From the NCBI GenBank assembly GCA_951406725.2, contig OX597815.1, positions 162,750,001 through 162,814,000 of the forward strand: 64,000 nucleotides of DNA. The letters are read 5' to 3'. Source of the stretch: Octopus vulgaris (taxonomy: Eukaryota). A model generated the notes under the pieces. It was not told where the DNA came from, did not search any database, and was given only the letters and a program-made list of their open reading frames with translations. A program made the translations under genes and the position numbers. This document shows positions 39,861-53,855 of the stretch, one piece after another (the stretch's first letter is position 1; each line of letters starts with the position of its first letter).

Positions 39861-40293
39861 GAGCTCCCAGGGGCAACCTGTCTTGAATTCCTCTGTTATT
39901 GCCTGGAGGACTATGATGAATAAAAGGGGACTGAGGGATGATCCTTAGTGGACCCTTACTTCTACCCGGAATTCTTCACTATACTCATTGCCAACCCTAA
40001 CCTTACTAATGGCATCTCTGTATAGGGCCTGTACAGCCCTTAACCATTCGTCAATCCCAATTTTCCATATCGCCCACCAGATAAGGGATCGGAGGACCCT
40101 GTCAATGGCTTTCTCCAAGTCCACAAAAGCCAAGTATAGGGGTTTATCTTTGGCTAGGTATTTTTGATGCAGTTGCCACACCAGGAATATAGCATCAGTG
40201 GTGCTTCTACCTGGCACAAAACTGAACTGCATATCATCTAAGCAGACTCTCTCCCTAATTAGTTGAGCTATGACCCTCTCCGTAACCTTCATC
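39861..40293 (-). pseudogene. RTE LINE reverse transcriptase fragment
   Basis: MQFSFVPGRSTTDAIFLV..LYLAFVDLEKAIDRV..VRVH*GSSLSPLLF..EEFKTGCPWEL. Confidence 0.9.
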
Positions 40294-40783
40294 ACACACA
40301 CACACACACTCACATATATATATATATATGAATATGTATATATTTATGTATGCATGTATGCGCGAGCGTGTGTGTGTGCATATGTATGTATATGTATTGG
40401 TTATTTTATATTTCTGTAGCATTTGTCTCTATTTTGTATATTGTTCTATCATCCTTATTGATTAATTAAGGACTTGTTTCCCAAACTGCTTCCTTGGTTT
40501 TTGATAATCTTCAGGGAATTCACACTTTCTTTTATAACTACTGTGGCTTCTGTATATATCGTATATATTATTTAGATTTTTATTTTTTCCCTAACAATAT
40601 TGATGTGCATATCTGTTTACATTACATTTATATTTTTATTGTTGCTATTTGGCCATTAAGTTTTATCATTGGGTAGGTGAGGATCTTTTGTTGGTCTACA
40701 AAATCATTCTTTATTGATTCTAGTTCAGTTCTTAGATCTTTCTCATATTCCCTTTCACATCCCTTTCTCTTCCTCACTATACA

Positions 40784-40817
<34 letters not shown>

Positions 40818-41560
40818 AGGTTGTTTGTTAAACTATGTGTGTATGCGCTTGATACAATAATGTTTACTTTCTCATTCTTACCAGTATGGCATTCATCTGG
40901 CTTAGTCATTTTCACCTCATATCACTGATCTGTTTTCTTGTGAATGCACAACAATTGACTCTTCTTGATCCTTTCCATTTCATGTTTACTATAGATTTAA
41001 TAAGCTATCACTTAGCTGAATGAAGTATATGTTTTAAATCTGATAAATACTTTAGTTAGGCAATAATTTATTATTCTGCTGCTTTCATAAACTTTTCCAA
41101 AAAAGGTAAAAAAAAAAAAGGAAATAACAATAATTGAAGATTGTTGTAGCTGTATACAATGCATGAGGCATTATGTTAAAAATGAAACAAAAAAAAACAA
41201 TGTTTATAGGTTTTTTTCCTTACTCTAAAGAAACAGACAATGAAGACTTTAAAGAATGTGGTCATTAATATTGATTTAGCCCACGAAATGACTAATTACA
41301 GCTGAAAAGGTCAAGAGAAATTCATACAAGCAATTAAGAGAAAGGGTTAAAAATAATTTGCAAAGATAATAGAGTCCAAACGACATAGATGTCTGACAAA
41401 GAATTTCATTCAATAAATAACACAGAATAAGGACAGTGGAGGTGAATTGGTAGAATTACTAGTGCTTCAAACAAAAATGCCTTGCAGTATACAGTTCTGG
41501 CTCTTTATGTTATCAGTTCAAATACTGACATGATCAGCTTTACCTTTCATCTTTATAGAG

Positions 41561-41894
41561 CAGTGGTTTTCAACGTTTTTTTTTTATTTACAAACCCCTT
41601 TGATTAGTATTTTATTCCGGTGAATCTCCAAAGCCTATCTAGTTTTATAGATACTTCTTTCAGAATTCCTATTTTGTTCATCTCCCATTAACTTGTGTAG
41701 TTTGAACTATGAAATACATTAAAGAAAGAAACCTAGCTGTTTCTTGCAATAAATACATCTAAAGCAAAGGTTTTTTTTTACATGACCCTTAATGTACTTC
41801 TATGGGTTCCCAATTTACCATTTTGCTTGCATGGACCTCTAAAACTCTTATATGGACCACCAGGGGTTACATGGACCCTGGTTGAGAACCACCA
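41561..41894. mobile_element. hAT-Charlie-type MITE inside a SINE family B
   Basis: cagtggttttcaac / gttgagaaccacca; TSD ttatagag / ttctagag fits the NTCTAGAN target preference. Confidence 0.75.
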
Positions 41895-43577
41895 TTCTAG
41901 AGTCTAAAATTCAAGTACCAGTCAAACACTAGTCTTGCTGTAGAAGAGGCACCTGTCCAACTCAGTCAGTCAGAGAGAGAGAGAGTGATGGAGGGAGAGA
42001 GAGAGAGAGAAGGTGGTGAAGATGCAATTGTGTGTGTGTGGGGTGAATGCTAAAGAGTTTTTTAAAAAAATGACACATTGGGCTTTGTGGTCATAGATAT
42101 ATATATACATAATTATAAGATGTTTATATCCGAAATATCTCTAACAATAGATTAGCATTATCAAGACTGAACTGGAGCTAAACAGCAACAATATTGTTGA
42201 AGTGCCAAGGTGGCAAGTTGGCAGAATCGTTAGCACACTGGACAAAATGCTTAGCAGTATTTTGCCTGTCACTACGTTCTGAGTTCAAATTCTGCCAAGG
42301 TCGACTTTGCCTTTCATCCTTTTGGGTTCAGTAAATTAAGTACCAGTTCGTATTGGGGTTGATCTAATCGGCTGCCCCTCCTCCCCCAAAATTTCAGGCC
42401 TTATACCTAGTGTAAAAACGAATATTGTTGAAGTGCAGCAGTAACCCAAAATTGTAAATAAAATCAGATGTACATGCATTAGTAATTTTTCTTTCAACTC
42501 TGTATTGTAGTGTTAGTCATCATACTGTAACCATGTTGAAGCACTGCCTTGAAGGACTTGTTCCCTTTTGTGATTCATATTGATGTCGGTACATGTTTCA
42601 GGAATTGACTATCATTCCTTTTTTTTTTTTTTTTGTGTGTGTGTGTATGTGTGTGTATGTGTGTGTGTGTGTTTTACTTATTTCAAATGACAATGGAACC
42701 AATGTCAACAATTAGAATATTGTCTTTTTGCTAAAAGATAAAGAAATATTTACTGAGGGATGAGCATTGAGAGGGAAAGCAGGGAAGAAAACAAAAAAAG
42801 CCAGCAAAAAAGACTTCAGCTGGCAATTCTTGTAAAAATTGATATTTACAACTCAAACTGTCATTATTAATATTGCAAAGCACTCTGAGAGAGATTATTA
42901 GTTTGAAAGAAATTCTTGTTACTGGGTTTCAATTAATAACATTTACGGTGACAACTATGAAATTAATATGTGACATGATGCTGTCGATGGTGGTAGTAAT
43001 GGTAGTTTAGTTGTGGTGGTGTGTAGGGGAGGGGGTCGTGGTGATAATGAATATTATGATGGTGATAAATTGGTCCAAAGTCTCGTCAAAAGACATCAAT
43101 AATTAAGCAAGCCAAAGAAATCCAATGACTTCAATGTGATTGTCTTCTGTTACAGCAGCGTTTGGAGTTAGTCGTTGTTATATCTTAAGAGGAGAGCTTC
43201 ATAGTAACTATGGAAGCTATTTCATTATATATGACACATTTGTCTCTCTCTCTCCCTCTCTCTTACACACCCTCTCTCTTACACACCCTCTCTCTTACAC
43301 ACCCTCTCTCTTACACACCCTCTCTATCTTTGAAAGTTAGTAGCTCTAATTCCCTGTACCTACTGAAATTGTTCAGTATATAAACAAATTGGCAGCTGGT
43401 TTCTCTAGGATTGGTCAAATTGATGTAGATGCCTTTGATTAAAAATCCAATAAGATTTGAAAATCAATTAAGGTTGTTGATTGGTTTTTTTAGTCTATGG
43501 AGAAGTAGCTAAATTAGCCCTGTTTATAAATCTACTATATAGGTTATATATATATATATATATACACACACATACAT

Positions 43578-43624
<47 letters not shown>

Positions 43625-43719
43625 CACACACACATATATATATATATATGTATATATATATATCTATATAAATATATATATATATATACACATATACATA
43701 TACATATACATATATATAT

Positions 43720-44160
43720 GTGCAGGTGTGGCTGTGTAGTAAGAAGCTTGCTGCCCAACCACATGGTTCCAGGTTCAGACCCACTGCTTGACACCTTGGG
43801 CAAGTGTCTTCTACTCCAGCCTCAGACTGACCAAAGCCTTGTGAGTGGATTTGGTAGATAGAAAATGAAAGGAGCCTGTTGTATATATATTCACATATAT
43901 ATGTATATATCTATCTATATGCATGTGTGTCTGTGTTTGTCTCTCTTCTCCACAACTTAACAAATGGTGTTGATGTGTTTACATTCCTGTAACTTAGTAG
44001 TTCAAGAAAAGAGCCCAGTGGAACAAGTACTAGGCTTCAAAAAATAAAACAAAAACAAAAACTAAATAAATAGGCTCTGAAATTGATTTGTTTGACTAAA
44101 ACCCTTCAGTGTCCCAGCATAGCCTCAGTCAAATGACTGAAACAAGTAAAACATAAAAGA
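43720..44160 (+). mobile_element. Full-length SINE family A
   Basis: Head, core, internal (TA)n and 3' half all present. Confidence 0.85.
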
Positions 44161-44372
44161 TATATGTATATACCTTTTATCTAAAATTGACTTTAATTGT
44201 GGTTTGGGGGCCATTTAATGTAATGGTTAGAGCACTCAGCCAGTATCTGAGGGGTATGAGTCCTGTTGCTGCCTTCTGGTAACTTTGTTACATCTTATAA
44301 GGGTAAACACCCAGTCTTTCTCTGCAGTCCTTGCAACTTCATTGCATTTGAAATTTACTTTTTTGTCTGCAA

Positions 44373-44702
44373 TAGGTGTATGGCTCAGTGGTTAGAGCAT
44401 CGGGTTCGCAATCATGCGGTAGTGAGTTCGATTCCTGGACTGGGCTCTGTGGTGTGTTCTTGAGCAACAGAGTTTATTTCATGTTGGTCCAGTCCACTCA
44501 GCTGTAGAAATGAGTTGTGGTGTCACTGGTGCCAAGCTGTATTAGCCTTTGCTTTTCCCTTGGATAACATCGGTGGCATGGAGAAGGGAGGCTGGTATGA
44601 AGAGGCGACTGATGGTCTCCCATAAACAACCTTGCCCAGACTTGTGCCTTGGAGGGTAACTCTCTAGGTACAATCCCATAGTCATTCAAGACTGAAGGGA
44701 GC

Positions 44703-44705
<3 letters not shown>
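44373..44705 (+). mobile_element. Full-length SINE family C
   Basis: tggctcagtggttagagc..gagttcgattcc..gttcttgagcaa. Confidence 0.85.
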
Positions 44706-44751
<46 letters not shown>

Positions 44752-44772
44752 GATAATAACAGATGGATTGTG

Positions 44773-44838
44773 GTTTCCTACAGCTGTTTCAGATGTGTTT
44801 TTTATTGATGATTAGAAAAACGTTTTCATCAGGTGAAT
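44773..44838 (-). ncRNA. Partly degenerate minimal hammerhead ribozyme in a PLE-type insert after (TA)n
   Basis: Reverse complement: c CTGATGA aaacgtttttct..aaaaaacacatct GAAA cagctg TA ggaa; palindromic stem III acagctgt, GUA site. Confidence 0.55.
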
Positions 44839-45254
44839 ACATGTAAGAATTAAACACTGAACATCTCAATAACAAGTAAAAAGCGCCATTTTGACTCCAC
44901 TGACAAAAATTCACAGACACAAATACACACACGTGTGTGTGTGATTGTGTGCGCGTTTGTGTTTATGTCTGTCCCCCACTGCTTGGCAAATTGTATTCGT
45001 TTATTTCTGCCCCTGCAATTTTGTGGTTTGGCAAAGGAGACCAATAGAATAAGTTCTACACTTTAAAGAAACAAAAAAAAAAACTAAGTCTGGTGTCGCC
45101 TTCATGTTGGTTCCTCAGTGTGGTCACAGTCCAAGGATAGAATCAAATAAAAAAATAAAAGTAAAAAATAGATTTTCAAATGCGAAGAAATTTGATTCCT
45201 TTGGAAATGAACATTAATCTTTTACATGCTGGGGCACCACTTTGAAGGGTTTTA

Positions 45255-45915
45255 GTCAAACAAATCGACCCCAGGACTTATTTTTTGATTTTAAACCTGG
45301 TACTTATTCTATCAGTGTCTTTTGCCAAATGGCTGTTACAGGGATGTAAACACACCAACACTGGTTGTCAAGCAGTCGGGTGGGGTTGGGTGGGGGACAA
45401 ACACAGACACAAAGACACACACATAAAATATACATAACGGATGCTAAACGATGATGATGATGATGATGATGATAGGCCTCTTTCAGGCTTTGGTTGGCCT
45501 GAGGCTACAGTTGAAGAGACATGCCCAAGGAGCCACACAGTGGGATTGAACTCAGAATCATGTGACTGGGAAGCAAGCTTCTTCCCACACAGCCATGCCT
45601 GCCCCGTTGAACAAATCGACCCCAGGACTTATTTTTTGATTTTAAACCTGGTACTTATTCTATTGGTGTCTTTTGCCAAATCGCTAAGTTACAGGGATGT
45701 AAACACACCAACACTGGTTGTCAAGCAGTGGGGTGGGGTGGGGGACAAACACAGACACAAAGACACACACACACATGACATACACATGATGGGCCTCTTT
45801 CAGGCTTTGGTTGGCCGGAGGCTACAGTTGAAGACACTTGCCCAAGGAGCCATGCAGTGGGACTGAACCTGGAACCATGTGACTGCGAAGCAAGCTTCTT
45901 CCCACACAGCCATGC
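45255..45915 (-). repeat. Local ~350-bp tandem duplication of an antisense SINE family A
   Basis: aacaaatcgaccccaggacttattttttgattttaaacctgg at ~45259 and ~45611, with shared private variants. Confidence 0.85.
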
Positions 45916-46779
45916 CCACACCCATAAGTAATAATTAATATTTAGAATCAGCTTCAAAATGGAAAAGGTCAATGAACTGTAAAACAGTTTAATAAAGTGG
46001 AAACATCTATTGCAACAATAAAAGTGACAAAAAAAAAATCAGTTATGTAATTGCTAGATCTGCAATAACTTTTATAGCACACATCTTATTTGTAGCAACA
46101 TAATGAAAACAATGAGAAAAGCTATTTTTATTTTGATTAGAAGCTTAATACAACAATATGACAATATCCATACACACACACACACACACACAAACACATA
46201 TGCACACACATACACACACATACACACAAACACACATACAAACACACATGCACACACACACAAGCACATACACACATACGTGCATCCTTTGTCTTCTATC
46301 TTTTACTTTTTCAGTCATCTGACTGTGGTCATTCTGGAGCACTGCAGGACTTATTTTCTTTTTCAAAGCCTGGTAGTTGTTTCATTGGTCACTTTTGCTG
46401 AACTGTTAAGTCACAGGGATGTAAATAAATCATCACTGGTCATCAAATGGTGGGGGAGGGCAAACACAAACACAAAGATTCAAACACACACACACACATA
46501 CACACACACACACACATACGCATACACACATCTTTTATCATTTACTTTACTTTTTCAGCCATCTGACTGTGGCCATTCTGGGGCACTGCATGACTTATTT
46601 TCTTTTTTAAAAAGCCTGGTAGTTATTTTGGCGGTGTCTTTTGCTGAACTGGTAAGTTACATGGATATAAACAAACCAGCATTGGTCATCAAGCGGTGGG
46701 TGTATTGGTTGTTACAAACATATACACAAAGATGCAAACACAAAGATACAAACACATATATACATACACACACACACAC

Positions 46780-46781
46780 AT

Positions 46782-46832
<51 letters not shown>

Positions 46833-47540
46833 CCACCACCACCACCACCACCACCACCATCATCATCATCACAATCATCACCACCACCACCACCACCACC
46901 ATCATCATCATCACAATCAACACCACCACCACCACCATCACCACCATCATCATCATCATCATTTAACATCCGCTTTCCATGTTGGCATGGGTTGGATGGT
47001 TAGACAGAAAACTGGTAAGCTGGGTAGTTGCACCAGGTTCCAATCTGATTTGGCATGTTTTCTACAGCTGGATGCCCTTCCTAATGCCAACCACTCCAAG
47101 AGTGTAGTGGGTGTTTTTTTACGTGCCACTGGCACAGGTGCCAGTTACATAACCCTGGCATTGGCCACAATTACCATCTCACTTGGCTTGATAAATTTTC
47201 CCAAGCTTGGTGTATTGCCAAAGGTTTTGCTCACTTGTCACTGCCTCCATGAGGCCCAGTGTTTGAAGGGTGCTTTTTATGTGCCACCGGCATGCGTGCC
47301 AGTTATGTGACACTCGCATTGATTATGACTACAATTTCACTTGGCTTGATAGGTCTTCTCAAGCACAGGATATCATCCAACATTCAAAGGGTGCTTTTTA
47401 CATACCACCAGCATGGATGCCTGTTACATGACACTGGCATGAGCCATGACTACAATTTCACTTGGCTTGATGGGTCTTCTCAATCACAGCATATCACCAA
47501 AGATCTCAGTCTCCTGTAATTATCTCCGTGAGGCCCAACG
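46780..47540 (-). mobile_element. RTE 3'UTR whose tail has expanded into a (CAT)/(CAC) microsatellite
   Basis: 46780-46962 microsatellite abuts tttaacatccgctttccatg; homologous to 6780-7213. Confidence 0.85.
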
Positions 47541-47638
47541 TCCTTAGATTCACTCATACAAGCATAATTATGGTTTCACTTATACACACATGCACACACA
47601 CACATACACAAACACAAACACATGCATAAATATATCTA

Positions 47639-48205
47639 TTGGGTTGTCCGGAAAGTTCGTGCCGATTTATAGTAGCTTACCTTTCGACATATTTTAGAAC
47701 ATGGTTGAGTCCATAAAATAGGATTTGACTACACCTCCATTTAGAGCACAGTTTAAGCTATCTTTCTCGTGGAAGAAGGTTTATGTTCCTATAACCTGTG
47801 TTAATTCTGTAATCCTTTAAAATGGAAGATAAGAAAGTTCATTTTTGGCACTTGATGATTAGGGAACCAGACAAAAATTGTTGCAGCTCAGCTGGAATGT
47901 GTTACCCAACCATCCATATTCACCACATATTGCTCCTTCGGATTTCCACTTAATCAGGTCTCTGCAGAATAGTCTTAATAGTAAAAATTTCAATTCCTTG
48001 GATGACGTAAAAAGATACCTTGATGAATTCTTTGCCATGAAGCCACCTCAATTCTAGGAAGAGGGTATTTTCAAGTTAAAGGAAAGATGGAGACACATTG
48101 TGCAACAAAATGTTTCATATTTGGTTGATTAAAAATGTAATGGCAAGTATTTATTGACCATTTTCTTTCCTTTAAAATTTGGCACAAACTTTCCAGACAA
48201 CCCAA
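47639..48205 (+). mobile_element. Internally deleted mariner element
   Basis: TIRs ttgggttgtccggaaagttcgtgcc / ggcacaaactttccagacaacccaa, TA TSD; MEDKKVHF..; HPYSPHIAPSDFHLIRSLQN. Confidence 0.9.
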
Positions 48206-49306
48206 TATGAAGTGAGACAAGAATATATATACATAGGCACATAATTATATCTAAATAACATACATACAATGTTTTGGAGAGAGTCCTTCTTCAGGAAAAA
48301 CAAAGGAATGAATTAAAACTGACAGTAAACTTGTTGTTCCTGCATTTTTCAAGATTTGCTCTCTTACCTCCCTAATATTTATAAATAAAGTTATGGAATA
48401 ATGGTTTCTTGCATTTGCAAGGGGCTATAAATCTATATGAGAGTGGTATTGTTGATTGAATCAACTCATCAGATTATTACTGGTACTTACATAAACCTAC
48501 AACTGTATCTCTACATGGTTATTCAAACTGCTAGAAATAGCAACTCAGTCTCTGTCAAATTTGATCTTTGGGACCCTTGCACATAGGAGAGAAGATGGAA
48601 TGGTCATAGTTTGAATCCTAGAATTCTTTTGATTATAGGTATGCTCAATGAGGGCAGTGCTGGTGTGCTAAACTAAAACAACAACAACATCTACAGCTCT
48701 AACAACAACAGCAAGACTAACAACATCATCATTATCATTAGCAACAACAATAACTAGGAAGAACTACAGCAAAAACACACAAAAAAAGTAAAGAAAACCC
48801 TCCTGCATTGACAAACTTAACAGGTTACAATAAACACATTAGGTCATAAAACCTGTCAATGAAGAATTCTCTGTAGAAAGAAAGGCAACCGAAATTCTAA
48901 ACAATATTGCTACCATTACAAAAATGGTCATCAGATTTTTACACCTCCTCTTTAGAGATGTCCCACAGCACGAATAAAAAATTTATATGATATTTGCATT
49001 ATTATAGCTTCTTTGTCTTCCATATTATTGCCAAGACTTTATTGGTGGTGGAGCTAAATTCCTCAACTCCACGCTTTGCATTCAATCTTTTGGTCAGTTT
49101 TCTTTAGTTTCTTTATTTTCGTTTTTTTATTCCTTTTTTTTTTCGCCTATTCTTTTTCTGAAATAATTTGGGAGTTTTGTGAGATTTTTGTGGTAGGAGG
49201 TAAAAATGGAAAAAAAAAAAAAAAAAGAAAATAATATTAAAAGAAGAAAATGAAAATGAAATTAGTAACTGAATGACAAGATGTGTGTGTGTATTAGTGT
49301 GTAAGC

Positions 49307-49344
<38 letters not shown>

Positions 49345-49404
49345 ATGTACACACACATATATATATGTGCGTTAGTGTGTAAGTATATGTATATATAAAT
49401 CATA

Positions 49405-49740
49405 GGGTAGCGAAAAATTTAGAGAAATTCTTTGCTACCAGTGGTCTAGTGAGAAGGAAACTAGTCAATAGACTATATATTATTCATATGAAAATACAGT
49501 GTACATTTAAACACATAAGAGATGGCCATAACAGGACATCTGACTTGCTAGAAAGAGTAGTTAAACTACAAACCACTAATTAGTTGTAATTTCAAAAGGG
49601 AGTGAAAAATAAAAACATTTACCCTAATAAGGGTAATTACAACTAATTAGTGGTTTGTAGTTTAACTACTCTTTCTAGCGAGTCAGATGTCCAGTTATGG
49701 CCATCTCTTATGCGTTTAAATGTACACTGTATTTTTCTCT
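49405..49740. mobile_element. Short insert with ~100-bp-arm near-perfect palindrome (49491-49591 / 49635-49735)
   Basis: aaaatacagtgtacatttaaac..agttgtaatt vs aattacaact..gtttaaatgtacactgtatttt. Confidence 0.8.
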
Positions 49741-49790
49741 ATATATATGTGTGTATGTGTGTGTGTATAATGTGTTTGAGTGTGTGCATG

Positions 49791-49827
<37 letters not shown>

Positions 49828-50437
49828 ATGAAAGGTAAAGTTAACCTCAGTAGAAGAAATGCTACAAAGCACTCAACATGCTAATGATTCTGTTAGCTCA
49901 CTGCCTTGACCTTTTGCTAAATAGTGAAGGTGCATGGCTTAGTGGTTCGGGTATTCAGCTCATGATGATAAGGTTGTAAGATCAGCAGCACATTGTGTCC
50001 TTGAGCAAGACACTTTATTTCATGTTGCTCCACTCCACTCACACTCAGCTGGCAAGAATGAGCCGTAACTATATTTCAAAGAGCTGGCCTTGTCACATTC
50101 TGTATACTGAGACCTACTTTAAGAGTTACATGCATCTGTAGATTGCTCAGCCACTTGCATGTAAATTTCATGAGCCTGGCTGTTCTGTTGATTGTATCAG
50201 CTGGAACATTCATCGGATTGCTGGTTATCTGTGTTTGTGTGTGTGTGTGTGTAATTATGTAAGTGTGTATGTATGTACGATTGAGTGTATATATATATGT
50301 TTGCACATGTGTATTGATGGTGCAATAAAATTTGTATATTATCATCCATGTTATTGGTTTTAATGTCTGGTTTTCTATATTCGCATAGGTTGGTCAGATA
50401 TTTATAATCATATATAGTTATGCGTGTGTTTGTTGTG

Positions 50438-50474
<37 letters not shown>

Positions 50475-51772
50475 TGTGTGTGTTTGTGCTGTGTGTGTGT
50501 GTAGACTTGTATGCATAGAAATATGTATCTGTGTGGCTGTACTTGCGTATTTTTATGTGTGTGTCTGTATAATGAGGGAAACCAGAAAAAGAATATAAGA
50601 AAATAGAAAAAGTATGTGTATCTGAATATACTGGGTATATGTGTGTATTTGTGTCTTGCAATATATGTGTGTGTCCAGTGCTTGTGATTTCATTAGGAAA
50701 ACGACCCTCCCATGATGCATATATATGTATGTATGTATTTGTGTATATGTGTATGTATTATATCTATACATTGTTATATATATTATATTTATAATATATA
50801 TATATGTATTATATTCATACATATATCTATATTGTATGCATATATGTTTATATATCTATATATGAATTATACACACACAAATATATAAAGCTAATATATA
50901 TGATTTATTATAAATATATCGAGGAATGGCTATTGTCAAAGTAGTTATCTTATGGCCATATATTTAATTTTGTCGGCTCATATTGATTGGACCTATAACA
51001 GCTGCTCAGTTGTTCACAATCACGTTGTGAGTAGCCATATTATTAAGAATGGTAAAAATTATGCTTTTTTTTGTTACTCTGAAGGCACAAAGCCGTGTTT
51101 GGTATGGTCATTCAAATTCATTTAGTTATTTTTTAATCTTCTGTCTTTTACTTGGCTCAGTCATTAGACTGCGACCATGCCGGGGGACCATGTTGAAGAA
51201 TTTTAGTCGAATGAATCAACCCCAATACTTATTTTATATTAGAGTCTGGTGCTTACTCTAGTTGGTCTCTTTTGCTGAACCACTAAGTTACCGGAATGTA
51301 GACAAATCAACACGGGTTGCCAAGTGACACTGGGACACAAACACTGACACAAAGACACTCACACATAAATTTGTACATATATATATATATATATAAATAA
51401 AAAAAATTCTTGTTTGTCTCTATTGAACCAAATAAAAAAAAACCTCCTCCCCATTGCTAAATCTATATAACAAAGTGAACTCAGTGATAAAAAAATCTAC
51501 AGATAGAGAAGGACCTTCTACTACCATGTTCCTAATGATGAAATTAACCTCTCTGTCTATATATCTACCCTCTTTGTAATGTTGGCAAATGAAATAAGTA
51601 TAAAAATGCACATTGTCCATTTAATTAAAAAAAATTCTATATGTGACTGAAGATTCCTCTACATTTTAAAACTGATGTAGTACTTACATTGTTTAATAAA
51701 ATGAAGTAGCATGAAACGATTGTACTACACTACCTTGGATATCCCTGTTGCTAATTTTGATATATATATGTA

Positions 51773-53061
51773 ATGGGTTGGCAAGAAAGTAATTTCTTTT
51801 CATGCAAGTAGATAGAGTAAGGATTTTTTTGAACGACTTTTGTCAATGTTATGATTTTTTTTCTTTTGACATTTGATAACCATTACTTTTAACTTACTTT
51901 AGAAGCAAACTGTGTGTAATTTTGTTTACAGCTGTTAGTTCAGTGTCGATTTTAATATGGAGTTCAAAAACGAGCGTTTTTGCCATAATTTGTTTTTTTT
52001 ATCTCTGTAAGGACAAAAAAGCTGCCGAGGCTCACAAAGAGATATGTGAAGTTTCTGGTCTTGATTGCTTAACTGAATGCACATGTCAGAAATGGTTTTA
52101 AAAATTCTGTTCTGGAGATTTTCTACTCAAAGATGACAAACACTCTAGTCGACCTACTGAAGTTCATGATGACTGAATCAAAGCCATAATTGAATCTGAT
52201 TGTCATTTAACTGTGCAAGAGATTGCAGAGAGGTTAAATGTATCACACACAACAATTAAAAATCACTTAAAACATCTTAGACTTGTTAAGAAGCTCGATA
52301 TTTGGGTTCCACATAAATTGAAAGGGATTCACTTAACACAATGAATCAATATTTGTGATATACATCTCAAACACAATAAAATTGACCGATTTTGAAATGA
52401 ATCATCACTGGTGATGAAAAATGGATTGTCTACAATAGCATCAATCGAAAACAATCATAGTCCAAGCATAATGAACCAGCTCAGACCACATCCAAATCTG
52501 AATTGCTTCAAAAAAAGGTCATACTGTCAATTTAGTGAGATTACAAAGGTGTTGTGTATTTTAAGCTGCTTCCAAGGAACCAAACAGTCAATTCAGATGT
52601 TTACTGTCAACAACTAATGAAACTGGAGGCAGCAATCAAAGAAAAACAGCCAGAATTGGCAAATCCTAAAGCAATCGTGTTCCACCATGACAACGCTAGA
52701 CCACACACATCTTTCCTAACTTTTGAGAAATTATTGGAGCTTGGTTGGGAAGTGGTGTCACATCCCCCATATAGCCCTGACCTTGCACCATCAGTTTACC
52801 ATTTATTTCGAAGTCTGCAAAATTCTTTGAATGGTAAAACTTTCAATAATGATGATGATGACCTGAAATCACACTTGCTTCATTTTTGGTTGATAAGGAC
52901 CAGAAATTCTATGAGTGTGGAATCATGAAGTTGCCAGAAAGATTGCAAAAGGTCATTGAACAAAATGGAAAATATATAATTGATTAAAATTCATTTTTGT
53001 AAGGAAAGTAATGATTTTTATTTCACACTAAAAAGCTGACATTACTTTCTTGCTAATCCAG
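51773..53061 (+). mobile_element. Full-length mariner (DD34D) transposon, ~1.29 kb
   Basis: TIRs atgggttggcaagaaagtaat / attactttcttgctaatccag flanked by TA. Confidence 0.92.
51957..52987 (+). pseudogene. Mariner transposase pseudogene
   Basis: WVPHKL, ITGDEKWIVY, FHHDNARPH, HPPYSPDLAPSVYHLFRSLQN; multiple stops and frameshifts. Confidence 0.92.
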
Positions 53062-53814
53062 TATATATATATGTACTTCGTTTTTCTGCTGCACATAATT
53101 GTTTTTCCCGTTTTTGTTTTCGTTTCGTCTTGTTCCACGTCTCTGTCCTTCTGTTGTAACAAAATGTCTTCTCCGTTTTCGTTTTGTTGATTTTTTCATC
53201 TTCTTGTGATGTCCTGTACGTATATATATATTTATATATGCATGTATATATACATGTAGATGTCGGTACGTATGCATATATTTTATTTATTACACTATAT
53301 ATATATATATATATATATATATGACAGGCTTATTTCAAGTTCCATCTACCAAATCCTCTCACAAGGTTTTGGTTGGCCCAAGGCTATAGTAGAAGACACT
53401 TTGCCTAAGCTGCCACACAATGGGACTGAACCCGGAACCATGTGGCTGAGAAGCAAACTTCTTTTATTCATTTAATTGACCACAAGGGCCTTACAAAGAA
53501 AGGAAGCTGCAGGCTATACACGGACATAATGAGAAGCAAACTTCTTACCACACAGCCACACTTGTGCCTATATTCATATATAACTCATATCTTTTACTTG
53601 TTTCAGTCATTAGACAGTGGCCATGCTGGAGCACTGCCTTGAAGAAATTTAAGTCGCATGAATTAACTGCAGTACTAATTTATTTTTTAAAAGCCTGTAC
53701 TTATTCTATCAGTTTCTTTTGCTGAATCACTAAGTTACAGGGATGTAAATAAACCAATATGGCTTATCAAGTGGTGGTGGTGCACAAACACAGACACAAA
53801 GGCTCACACACACA

Positions 53815-53855
<41 letters not shown>

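Noticed and set aside
39861-39900. RT fragment ends at CPWEL, where the 5700 RTE copy begins, suggesting one broken element
   Set aside because: 34 kb apart, overlap is diverged (KTGC vs KPGC) and the family is abundant; coincidence is sufficient
46103-47310. 287-aa and poly-His 204-aa ORFs
   Set aside because: Run through SINE halves and the expanded (CAT)/(CAC) RTE tail; no protein-like content
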